DNA of 64,000 nucleotides from Malacoraja senta (Eukaryota): the NCBI GenBank assembly GCA_038087875.1, contig CM075996.1, positions 8,372,001-8,436,000 of the forward strand. The letters run 5' to 3'. Below are positions 1 to 10,286 of this stretch, one piece after another. A program made the position numbers and the translations under genes. The notes under the pieces were generated by a model that made no database searches, was not told the DNA's origin, and saw nothing but the letters and a program-made list of their open reading frames with translations. Every line of letters starts with the position of its first letter. The stretch's first letter is position 1.

Positions 1-185
1 AAGCCAATTAACCTACAAACCTGCACGTCTTTGGGGTGTGGAAGGAAACCGAAGATCTCGGAGAAAACCCAGGGGGAGAACGTACAAACTCCGTACAGAC
101 AGCACCCGTAGTCGGGATCGAACCCGGGCCTCCGGCGCAACATTCGGTGTAAAGCAGCAATTCTACCGCTGTGCCACCGTGACCG
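1..185 (-). mobile_element. HE1-type tRNA-derived SINE (partial, window edge)
   Basis: Reverse complement of the SINE head and core seen in full at 1066-1385 (cgggatcgaacccggg, ccgctgtgccaccgtg). Confidence 0.85.
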
Positions 186-480
186 CCCTTACACTGTATA
201 CAGAGTGTGTACCTGTATGTCCTTATACTGTATACAGAGTGTATATGTCCATACACTGTACACAGTGTGTATGTTCGTACACTGTATACAGTGTGTGTGT
301 CCTTAATCTGTATGCACGGTGTGTTTGTCCTTACACTGTACACACAATGTACACTCCCTACACTGTACAGTGTGTGTGTACTTCCCTACACTGTACACAG
401 AGTGTGCGGGCTGTCTTACATTGTACACAGTGTGCACTATCCCACACCGTACAGAGTGTGTGCTATCTTACACAGCATAC
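186..480. repeat. Degenerate minisatellite built on tacactgta(t/c)acag(a/t)gtgtg
   Basis: Roughly ten imperfect copies, each containing the near-palindrome cactgtatacagtg. Confidence 0.8.
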
Positions 481-674
481 CGATGCTCCCTTCCCCGCAT
501 TGTTCACAGGGGGCATGCCCTTCCTGCACCGTTCACGGATCGCAACCTTCTCCACACCACACACAGAGCACGCTCCTCAGTCCACCCGGGAATGGTTTCC
601 TGTAATATACACACAACACCATTCACAGCGCCACTCGGGATCTGTTCCTCTTTCCCGCAGAATTAGAAACAAAA

Positions 675-880
675 TGGTTAAGTTAGTTGCAATGCAGAGG
701 CCTGAATTATTCATCTGGAGACGTGCGTTGAAATCCCAGTGCGGAAGCTGGGGAGTTTAATTCAGTTAATTAACTAATCTGTGATGGGAATCAGAAAATT
801 AATGGATTCTTGTAAATAACCATCTGGTTTATTTGTGCGTTTGAGAGAAGAAAGCCTGCCATCCTTGCCCAGCCCGTCTC
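675..880 (+). mobile_element. Old, diverged SacSINE1/DeuSINE-like SINE
   Basis: Decayed B-box-like gttgaaatccc, then accatctggtttattt...gaaagcctgccatccttgccc resembling the shark Deu-domain SINE body; recognised from memory. Confidence 0.5.
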
Positions 881-1065
881 CGGAGCTTCACCCTCAGTGC
901 CACCCTAATGCCACATGGTCTCCATGGATCACCAGCCGCAGTTGGGAGGGGTAGAGGCGTGGTCTCCCGGTCATGGCCCATCCCGGGAAAGAGCAAAATA
1001 AGTCTTGCAGTGGGGCAGGTCATTGAGGGTGTGAATGGCCGAACCATGCCGGGTTCCAGTAAATG

Positions 1066-1385
1066 CGGCACGGTGGCACAGCAGTAGAGTTGCTGCCTTA
1101 CAGCGCTTGCAGCGCCAGAGACCCGGGTTCGGTCCCGACTGTGGGCGCTGTCTGTACGCAGTTTGTACGTTCTCCCCGTGACCTGCGTGGGTTTTCTCAG
1201 AGATCTTCGGTTTCCTTCCACATTCCAAAGAAGTACAGGTTTGTAAGTTAATTGGCTTGGTGTAAATGTAAATTGTCCCTACTGGGTGTAGGATAGTGTT
1301 AATGTGCGGGGATCGCTGGTTGGTGCGGACTCGGTGGGCCCAAGGGCCTGTTTCCGCGTTGTATCTCCAAACTAAACTAAACTAA
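1066..1385 (+). mobile_element. Full-length HE1-type (V-SINE) tRNA-derived SINE; representative of more than 20 copies in the window
   Basis: A box tggcacagcag, B box ggttcggtcc, V-core gtttgtacgttctccccgtgacc, LINE-derived tail gggcctgtttccgcgttgtatct, then (aaact)n. Other copies near 2930, 6530, 11470, 12050, 12900, 13920, 16740, 18000, 25197, 26205, 28620, 29500, 33120, 38908, 41585, 44480, 44910, 54880, 56630, 58545, 60645, 61920, 62765. Confidence 0.9.
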
Positions 1386-1611
1386 AAAGTTGGGGATGGG
1401 TCAGTCCCTGCAGAACAGGGAGTACCGCACAGGCCCGTCACTGTATAAGACTGGCGTGCAGTGTAGGACCATCACTACATCACACTGGGAATATCACTGT
1501 GTCACTCTATAACACTGGGTTGCGACGCGGTGGCCATAGGTTTGTCAAGGTATAATTTTGTTTGTATTATTGTTAAAACATAAAGTGCTTGTGCTATAAC
1601 ACCAGGATAAG

Positions 1612-1742
1612 CTTCTCCGTGGATTGTCACCTTGTCGTGGTGGAGAAGCTTGTGTGGCCCTGAGAACCTGAGATCGATGCCCTCAGTTGGGCCACCCATG
1701 GCGGTACGGTCGAGGGGGAGGTCTCTGACAAAGAGCAATCCA
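1612..1742 (+). ncRNA. Predicted HDV-like self-cleaving ribozyme
   Basis: P1 cttctcc(1612-18)/ggagaag(1642-48); P2 tggattgt(1620-27)/gcaatcca(1735-42); P3 acc/ggt closing L3 ttgtcgt; J4/2 gaCaaa with C1729 in the catalytic-C position. Confidence 0.65.
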
Positions 1743-1990
1743 ACCTAGACCTCAACGGTGGAACAGGCGGAGGACGATGGCTGACCTTAGCGGAGGGTCA
1801 CAATGGCTGGGAAGGCGGATGAAGGCTGCAGCAGAAAAGGGTCTCCGGTCGTCTTGGACTCCATGCCACTGGATCCTGACCCAGATCTGTCAAGGACCGT
1901 GGGGTGGCTGTCTGTGCACCAGTCTCCCCACGTTAAACAAAGGCATCCTCCAACTCCATTTCGAGTGACCGCCGATGAAGCGCTCAACCA
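1612..1990 (+). mobile_element. RTE-clade-derived non-autonomous element or 5' end
   Basis: Starts with the BovB/RTE-type 5' motif accttgtcgtggt...gcttgtg...gacaaagagcaatcca; no ORF. Confidence 0.6.
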
Positions 1991-2140
1991 AGAAAACTAA
2001 TCCCAATGCCAAAGTAGTATCTAATCTACCTATACACACTTCTGCTATAGGATGATAACTAACTTCACATTCAGTAATAAGCCATCTACATGTTAACAAA
2101 CACACAAGCTGAATGTTTAACCAGGAATCCCTATTCCAAT

Positions 2141-2287
2141 CTCCCCGTTGGATTGCAAACTTGTCGTGGTCGGGGAGCTTGTGTGTCTCAGTGACCCCTA
2201 GAGCTATGCCAGCGGGAGACTCGTCTCCTGTTAGGGTCTCCCATGCTGGACAGGTGGAAGGGTAGAGGCGAGACGAAGAGCGATCCA
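2141..2287 (+). ncRNA. Predicted HDV-like self-cleaving ribozyme (second family)
   Basis: P1 ctccccg(2141-47)/cggggag(2171-77); P2 tggattgc(2149-56)/gcgatcca(2280-87); L3 ttgtcgt; J4/2 gaCgaa (C2274). P3 has one mismatch (aac/ggt). Confidence 0.6.
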
Positions 2288-2485
2288 CTGGTCCTCCAGG
2301 TTGGAGGTTGAGCACAGGGCTAACAACCCTGTCTCGTAAAACAAATATGTTACGGAAACAGCAACTGAAGGAATCAACACTACTGGACCTGACCTGGGGT
2401 AGTGTCCAGAAGCTCGCCCAGAACAGACAGGAGTGGAGAACCTTCGTTGCTGCCCTACATGCCAGGAGGCATAATAGGCAGAAGG
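2141..2485 (+). mobile_element. Bipartite non-autonomous RTE retroposon (RTE 5' end fused to the RTE ORF C-terminus)
   Basis: Same 5' motif as 1612; the 3' part encodes LTWGSVQKLAQNRQEWRTFVAALHARRHNRQ, typical of RTE ORF C-termini. Confidence 0.7.
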
Positions 2486-4189
2486 GGAAGGGGACCTATT
2501 CCAATGCCACATGAGAATATAAAATGCCTTTAAACTATAGGACAACAAAAACTGGGCGTGCATATGCCAATATATCATTGGGGCTATCAAGTGGGCACCT
2601 CCCTTCACTGGTGTTTCGTTAACTTAGGGTGTTGAGAAGAGTGTTGCTGTGTCAGGTTAGTCTTTATGAAGCACCTTTATAGTGCTGGTGGGTCATTGTA
2701 TAGTGTCACAGAGTCATTGAGTGAGACAGCGTGGAAACAGGCCCTTTGGCATAAACTTGCCCACACCGGCCAACATATCCCAGCTACACTAGTCCCACCT
2801 GCCTGCGCTTATCCATATCCCTCCAAACCCATCCTATCCATGCACCTGTGTATCTATAATCATAGGTAATGGAAAGGTGGGCAATACTGAGTATGTAATA
2901 CTGGTGGTATAGCAAGGTACAAGATTGGGCGGCACGGTGGCGCAGCTTGTAGAGTCGCTGCGTCACTGCGCCAAAGAGCTGGCTTCGATCCTGACTGTGT
3001 GAAGTTTGCATGTTCCCCTGGTGACTGCGTGGGTTTCCTCCAGGTGCCCCGGTTTCCACCCACATCCCAAAGAGGTGCAGGTTTCCAGGTTAATTGTGTG
3101 TATATATATATATATTCATTGGTATATGGTCACACTGATCTGTTCTGTATTTATTTATGCCTGCTATATTCTATTGTGCTGAAGCAAAGCAAGAATTTCA
3201 TTGTCCTAACTGGGACACATGACAATAAACTCACTTGAACCTTGAATCTTAATTGGCCTCTGTAAAGTGTCCTCGTGTGTCGGGAGGGAATGAGAAAGTG
3301 GGATAACATAGAACTAATGTGAACGGTTGATCGATGGTCAGTGTGAACTTGGTGGGCTGAAGGGCCTGTTTCTATGCTGTAACTCTAAACTGAACTGAAA
3401 CTCAACTAAAATGATCGGCATCATATAGCTTTTGGTCACAATGCCGTGGGAATATCTAGGACCAGAGGCCACAGCCTCACGATAAAAGGATGTACCTTAA
3501 GAGAAGAGATGAGAAGGAATTGATTTAGTCAGAGGGTGGTGAATCTGTGGAATTCACCATGAAGGCTGTCAATGGATATTTTTTAAGGCGGAGATTGACA
3601 GATTCATGATTAGTATGAGTGTCAGGGGTTATGGGGAGAAGGTAGACTTGATGGGCCGAATGGCCTAATTCTACTTCTAACATGATACTGGTGGGCTGGT
3701 TTATTGGAGTTCAGCACTGGTCGGTACTAGTCTGTTATTGTACAGTATTAGGACACTATGATATCTGCCTCCATCACCGCCCACGGCAGTGTGTTCCAGG
3801 CACCCACCACCTTCTGTGTAAAAACATGCCCCCAACATCTCCTTTAAACTTTGTCCCTCTCCCCTCAAAGCCATGCCCTCTCATGTTTGACATTCCCACC
3901 CATAACATTTAAGTGGCATTTGGACAGGTACATGGATAGAACAGGTTAAGGGTTGAGCCCGGGCAGGTGGGACTAGTGTAGATGGGGCATGTTGGTCCGA
4001 GTGGGCAAGTTGGGCCGAAGGGCCAGTCTCCACACTGTATGACTCTAAGACTCTATGAAAAACCTTCCGACTGTTTACCATATCTATACCTCTCAGTGGA
4101 GAGACATTTAGGGTCAGGGCTCGTCTTCAGACTCTTATGTGTTCAGATAACGACTGCCTCTCCAGGGACTGTGTGTGTGTGTGTATGCG

Positions 4190-5300
4190 TTCAGTGGCGG
4201 TTGCTGCTTTAAGTATCTTCAGCCCTTTCAGCCCCTCTTCCAGTGCTGTACCAGTCGGGTACGCGGGGGCTCTCGTTCCCGAGCAGAGTGTCCGGGGCTG
4301 CCACCCTCCCCAGGTCCGGACGCTACATAAAGGCAGCTATCGTCCTCCGACGAATTCGGGAGGTGCGTGTGTGTTATTGGTACCGGGCGGGCGGGGTGGG
4401 GGCGTTGGGTCAGTGTGGAGATAGGGAGGGGAATTAGGGAGAGAGGAGGGATGGGAGGGCGAGAGGAGGGATGTAGGGGGGAAAGAGATGGGGAAAGAAG
4501 GAATGGAGGGGGGAAGAAGCGAAGGAGAGAGGGAGGGGAAATAAGGGGGGGGAATGCAGGGAGTGGAAGGGAGGGAGGGGGACAGGGGAAGGGAGGGGAG
4601 GAAGAAGGAAGGAGAGGGGTGGGGCTGAGGGAACAGGGAGGGGAGAAGGCACCACGTTTGTGGGAGCGAGCCCAGTGCAGCTCGGAGCGGGGTCCCGGGA
4701 ACCATCGCCTGTCCCTTCCAACGCTGGGAGAGATCAGACCCGTCTCACCGCGTCGCCCGAACAGTAAAGTAAGCACCAATTACCTTCACTCCCCCCCCCC
4801 CCCCTCCCTCCTCCCCTCCCCTCCCTCCTCCCCTCCCCCAGCTCCTTGGACACCTGACTCTCCCCTCGACGCCCGCCCTGTCATTGGGAACTTTGAAATA
4901 TCCGCACATCTATCTATCTATCTCCTCGCAGCCCCTGTAGCTCCGGCGCGGTGGCAGGCAGCGGTCGGGGCTCCCTCCCCCCATCTGTCTTTAGAAGAAG
5001 CCCTCCTCTTCTACCTTCATTCAACAAGGGCACAGGACGCAAGGTGACTCGTGGACGGTGGGTCCTCTGCCGGGGAACGGTGGCTCACGGCCCTGCACAC
5101 AGGTAAGGTGGCTGGTGATCGCGACCTTGCGGCGCTCGGATAGCCCCCACTCCCCAGCCCGGACTCTGGCACGAAAGCCCACCCACCCGCCCACAACCAC
5201 AGCTTCAGCGACCCCCCGGCAGCTGGCTGTGAGGACAGCGCCAACGCCAAAGGCTGACGGATGAGACCGAAATCTCAACGCTTGGAGGGTCGCGATTTGG
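4190..5300 (+). promoter_or_regulatory. CpG/GC-rich island; candidate RASD2 promoter and non-coding first exon(s)
   Basis: High CpG density against a CpG-poor background; TATA-like tacataaa near 4324; donor-like sites aaa|gtaagc (4769), aag|gtgact (5044), cag|gtaagg (5103). The RASD2 coding exon has an acceptor 8 nt before its ATG, so an upstream exon is required. Confidence 0.5.
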
Positions 5301-6193
5301 CATTTGCAGAATTAAACCCAATAATTCCAGATTAACTGGACTCCCAATCAATTCCGGATTACAATTTATCCAGAATTAATCGGGGGGATCTGAGTCCTTT
5401 CAGGAATTTCATAACACATTTGATATTCATTCTAGTCCCGTTTAAATTCTAGAGATCACCTCTAGTTTAAATTCCATTTGGAATACTTTGGAGGACCAAG
5501 AAACCAAGAATGTTTGAATCGTAGAAGATGGCAAATTGATTTTAAAATAGTTTTTTTATGGAAGGTTCAGCGAGATTTCGGGATGTACAATATCGTGAAA
5601 TATGATTTCAGCATCTAATTGCATTTTCTATTCATTTTCGCCTGCATTTTCTATTCAGGCGGGTTTCTGCATCAATGTATAAGACTTTGCAAAACCCATT
5701 CTGACTTGTTATAATTTTGATTTTAATAATGTCCCCTGGAATTTGAGCCCATCACCTGAAAGGCACAATTTCTTTCAGTTTATCACTCAACGGTCAATAA
5801 GGATAGCATGAAGTCTCCCTTCTTGACGGGAAATAATCCAACTTCCTACAGCGTTAAGCAGCCGATCACGGGATTGTGGCGCTACATCAATGCAGCCGTT
5901 CACTGCTCTACCTGCCGCCTCTGGCGCTGATGCAATAGATGAATGCAGCAAAACCGATGGACCACTTTCTTGGCCAGCGCTTTGCTCGGGGTACCCCCTT
6001 CTCCCACCGCCCTGTCCCTTCGATTCGCCTTCCCCATGATGACTGGTGAGCACACTGCATTGCATCTGTCAGCTACTGACCCATTTACCCTGGGGAGGTG
6101 CGACTTTTAGACACCAGGAACTACCGATGCTGGTTAACACAAAACAGGCACAAAGTGCTGGGGTAACTCAGCGGGTCAGGCAGCGTCGCTGGA

Positions 6194-6470
6194 GATGTGC
6201 AGGAAGGGACTGCAGATGCTGGTTTGCACCGAAGATGGACACAAGTTGCCGGAGTAACTCAGGGGGTCAGGCAGAATCTCTGGAGAATATGGATGGGTGA
6301 CATTTCGGGTCGAGACCCTTCTTCAGTCTGAAGTCTGAAGAAGGGTCTCGACCTGAAACGTCACACATTCCTTCTCTCCAGAGATGCTTGCTACATGTCC
6401 CGCTGAGATACTCCAGCTTTTTGTGTCTATCTTTGGTTTAAACCAGCATCTGCAGTTCCTTCCTACACAT
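6194..6470. mobile_element. Palindromic pair of Penelope-like terminal repeats with hammerhead cores
   Basis: Left arm is the reverse complement of the right arm; centre ...gacccttcttcag tctgaag tctgaagaagggtctcgacctgaaacgtc... Confidence 0.75.
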
Positions 6471-7097
6471 TTTATGGTTGAGGAGTGTTTACACTAAATT
6501 GACGGGAAGATAGGCCCTTGCGCGGTAGAACAGCGCCAGAGACCCGGGTTCGATCCTGGCTACAGGTGCTGTCTGTACGGAGTCTGTGCGTTCTCCCTGT
6601 GACCGCATGCGTTTCCTCCGGGTTCTCCGGTTTCCTCCCACACTCCAAAGACGCACAGGTTTGTAGGGTTCATTGGCTTCGGTAAGAATTGTAAATTGTC
6701 CCCAGTGTGTAGGATGGTGCTAGTGTCCGGGGATCGCTGGTTGGCGCGGACTCGGTGGGCCGAAGGGCGTGTTTCCGCGCTGTATCTCTAAACTAAACAG
6801 AGAAAATGGATGCACAAAGGAGCGGGGACGTTGGGACAGTCAAGGAGGGAAAGAGTATGCAATGGGGGGGGGGGGGCGGGGGGACGGAACCAAGGTGATC
6901 TAAACAGAATACAAGAAGGGTCCTTCGCTCCATTGATGCTGCCTCACCCGCTGAGTTTCTCCAGCATTTTTGTCTACCCACAAGAACAATGTATGTACTG
7001 TATGTAAACAATAAGGGCGTAGTTATTATCTGGAGAGAAGGGTTGTTCCTCAGAGGTAACATATTAAATCCCTTAGAAGGAACTGCAGACTCTGGTT

Positions 7098-7680
7098 TAA
7101 ACCCAGCGGTACTAATATTGATGTCTCTAACCTCAAGTAATCATTGCACCCCCCCCCCCTCCCTCTCCCTCTCTCTCTTTCTCTCAGTCCCTCCCCCACC
7201 CAAGTCGTTGTACTAACTTCAAAGGTAGAGAAAAATGCTGGAGAAACTCAGCGGTGAGGCAGCATCTATGGAGCGAAGGAAATAGGCAACGTTTCGGGCC
7301 CGAAACGTTGCCTATTTCCTTCGCTCCATAGATGCTGCCTCACCCGCTGAGTTTCTCCAGCATTTTTCTCTACCTTCGATTTTCCAGCATCTGCAGTTCC
7401 TTCTTAAACGTACTAACTTCAAAGTCGTTTTGTTTAGTCTCATTGTCTGTAACTCGCTCACCTAGTCCACAGCTAACAATGGCCTTTATCATTGTTACCT
7501 TTTTGCATATCATTCATTCATTTGTTCTATCTCTCTGCATCACCATCCATTCATCTTGCTTCCCTTTAACCTAACTCTTGAGTCTGAAGAAGTCTCGACC
7601 CGAAACGTCACCTATTTCTTCTCTCCAGAGATTCTGCGTGACCTGCTGAGTTACTCCAGCTTTTTGTGTCTATCTTCAAG
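7098..7680 (+). mobile_element. Penelope-like element 3' fragment with a nested palindromic mini-element (7225-7409)
   Basis: aacccagcggtactaatattgat matches the PLE C-terminus (QPSGMNIDFS-like), followed by a pyrimidine-rich UTR and a ctgaaga...gaaacgtc terminus; the nested insert has the TSD gtactaacttcaaag. Confidence 0.7.
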
Positions 7681-8471
7681 CTCTGGATGCTTTCAAGAGA
7701 GAGCTAAATAGGGCTCTTAAAAATAGCAGAGTCAGGGGATATGGGGAGAAGGCAGGAACGGGGTACTGATTGGGGATGATCAGCCATGATCACATTGAAT
7801 GGGGGTGCTGGCTCGAAGGGCCGAATGGCCTACTGCACCTATTATCTATTGTATTCAATCCGTTTGGCTAGAATTACGAGGCAGTCACATGACAGGACAG
7901 ATTCCATGGGCCATCGAACAGCAAGTGGGAGATACGGGAGCAAATCTGCTGGAGGACACAGATAGGTCGGCTTTGCGTAAAGAAAATGCATTACCTGCTT
8001 CAAAAATCATAAAGAAAGCAGCAGATGCAGAAAATCAGAGCTAAAAATAGAAAATGCTGGAACTTAGCAGGTCAGGAAGCATCTGCGGAATAACAAACAG
8101 AATTAATGATTTAGTTTGACAAAGCTTCGTCTTCCTGAATCGTTAATTCTGTGCAGCGTTCCAAAAGATGTGCAGGAACTGAGGTGGCTGGGTGTAGACG
8201 AGTGCTTGAGAGGGCCAGGGTATGCTGGGTGAACACATCGATGGATTGAAAGACACAGCATGGAAACAGGCCCTTCGTCCCACACCGACCATCGATCACC
8301 CATTCACACTGGTTCTATGTTATTCCTCATTCTCATCCACTCCCTGCACACCAGGGGCAATTTCCAGAGGTCAATCAACCGACAAACCTGCACGTCTTTG
8401 GGATGTGGGAGGAAACTGGAGCACCAGGAGGAAACCCACCTGGTCACAGGGAGAACGTGGCAAACTCCACA

Positions 8472-10286
8472 CATAGAAACATAGAAACATAGAAATTAGG
8501 TGCAGGAGTAGGCCATTTGGCCCTTCGAGCCTGCACCGCCATTCAATATGATCATGGCTGATCATCCAACTCAGTATCCCGTACCTGCCTTCTCTCCATA
8601 CCCTCTGATCCCTTTAGCCACAAGGGCCACATCTAGCTCCCTCTTAAATATAGCCAATGAACTGGCCTCGACTACCCTCTGTGGCAGAGAGTTCCAGAGA
8701 TTCACCACTCTCTGTGTGAAAAAAGTTCTTCTCATCTCGGTTTTAAAGGATTTCCCCCTTATCCTTAAGCTGTGACCCCTTGTCCTGGACTTCCCCAACA
8801 TCGGGAGCAATCTTCCTGCATCTAGCCTGTCCAACCCCTTAAGAATTTTGTAAGTTTCTATAAGATCCCCTCTCAATCTCCTAAATTCTAGAGAGTATAA
8901 ACCAAGTCTATCCAGTCTTTCTTCATAAGACAGTCCTGACATCCCAGGAATCAGTCTGGTGAACCTTCTCTGCACTCCCTCTATGGCAATAATGTCCTTC
9001 CTCAGATTTGGAGACCAAAACTGTACGCAATACTCCAGGTGTGGTCTCACCAAGACCCTGTACAACTGCAGTAGAACCTCCCTGCTCCTATACTCAAATC
9101 CTTTTGCTATGAAAGCTAACATACCATTCGCTTTCTTCACTGCCTGCTGCACCTGCATGCCTACTTTCAATGACTGGTGTACCATGACACCCAGGTCTCG
9201 CTGCATCTCCCCTTTTCCTAGTCGGCCACCATTTAGAAAATAGTCTGCTTTCCTGTTTTTGCCACCAAAATGGATAACCTCACATTTATCCACATTATAC
9301 TGCATCTGCCAAACATTTGCCCACTCACCCAGTCTATCCAAGTCACCTTGCAGTCTCCTAGCATCCTCCTCACAGCTAACACTGCCCCCCAGCTTAGTGT
9401 CATCCGCAAACTTGGAGATATTGCCTTCAATTCCCTCATCCAGGTCATTAATATATATTGTAAATAGCTGCGGTCCCAGCACGGAGCCTTGCGGTACCCC
9501 ACTAGTCACTGCCTGCCATTGTGAAAAGGACCCGTTTACTCCTACTCTTTGCTTCCTGTTTTCCAGCCAGTTCTCTATCCACATCAATACTGAACCCCCA
9601 ATGCCATGTGCTTTAAGTTTGTATACTAATCTCTTATGTGGGACCTTGTCGAAAGCCTTCTGGAAGTCCAGATACACCACATCCACTGGTTCTCCCCTAT
9701 CCACGCTACTAGTTACATCCTCGAAAAATTCTATAAGATTCGTCAGACATGATTTACCTTTCGTAAATCCATGCTGACTTTGTCCAATGATTTCACCACT
9801 TTCCAAATGTGCTGCTATCCCATCTTTAATAACTGACTCTAGCAGTTTCCCCACTACCGATGTTAGACTAACTGGTCTGTAATTCCCCGTTTTCTCTCTC
9901 CCTCCCTTCTTAAAAAGTGGGGTTACGTTTGCTACCCGCCAATCCTCAGGAACTACTCCAGAATCTAAAGAATTTTGAAAGATTATTACTAATGCATCCA
10001 CTATTTCTGGAGCTACTTCCTTAAGTACTCTGGGATGCAGCCTATCTGGCCCTGGGGATTTATCGGCCTTTAATCCATTCAATTTACCCAAAACCACTTC
10101 CCGACTAACCTGGATTTCACTCAATTCCTCCAACTCCTTTGACCCGCGGTCCCCTGCTATTTCCGGCAGATTATTTATGTCTTCCTTAGTGAAGACGGAA
10201 CCAAAGTAGTTATTCAATTGGTCCGCCATATCCTTGTTCCCCATGATCAACTCACCTGTTTCTGACTGCAAGGGACTGTTTCTGAC
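8472..10286 (-). mobile_element. 5'-truncated CR1 (HER1-like) LINE with an uninterrupted RT ORF
   Basis: ORF 8571-10364 has KSPGPD, NYRPVSLTS, LDFQKAFDKV, GVPQGSVLGP and FADDTK; (atagaaac)n tail; inserted into a minus-strand HE1 SINE. Residues upstream of about 10260 are read-through into the SINE. Confidence 0.95.

Noticed and set aside
38..760. 240-aa ORF and overlapping ORFs
   Set aside because: Read-through of an antisense SINE and a minisatellite; no protein similarity.
1066..1140. tRNA-like A/B boxes
   Set aside because: SINE head followed by core and LINE tail; not a tRNA gene.
4228..5047. G/R-rich and P/S-rich ORFs on both strands
   Set aside because: Stop-poor GC-rich low-complexity DNA in the CpG island.
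5203..5242. Possible REST/RE1 site (ttcagcgacc ... ggacagcgcc)
   Set aside because: Half-sites are about 19 bp apart and the left half is imperfect.
8959..9777. Plus-strand ORFs over the CR1
   Set aside because: Antisense shadows of the RT ORF.
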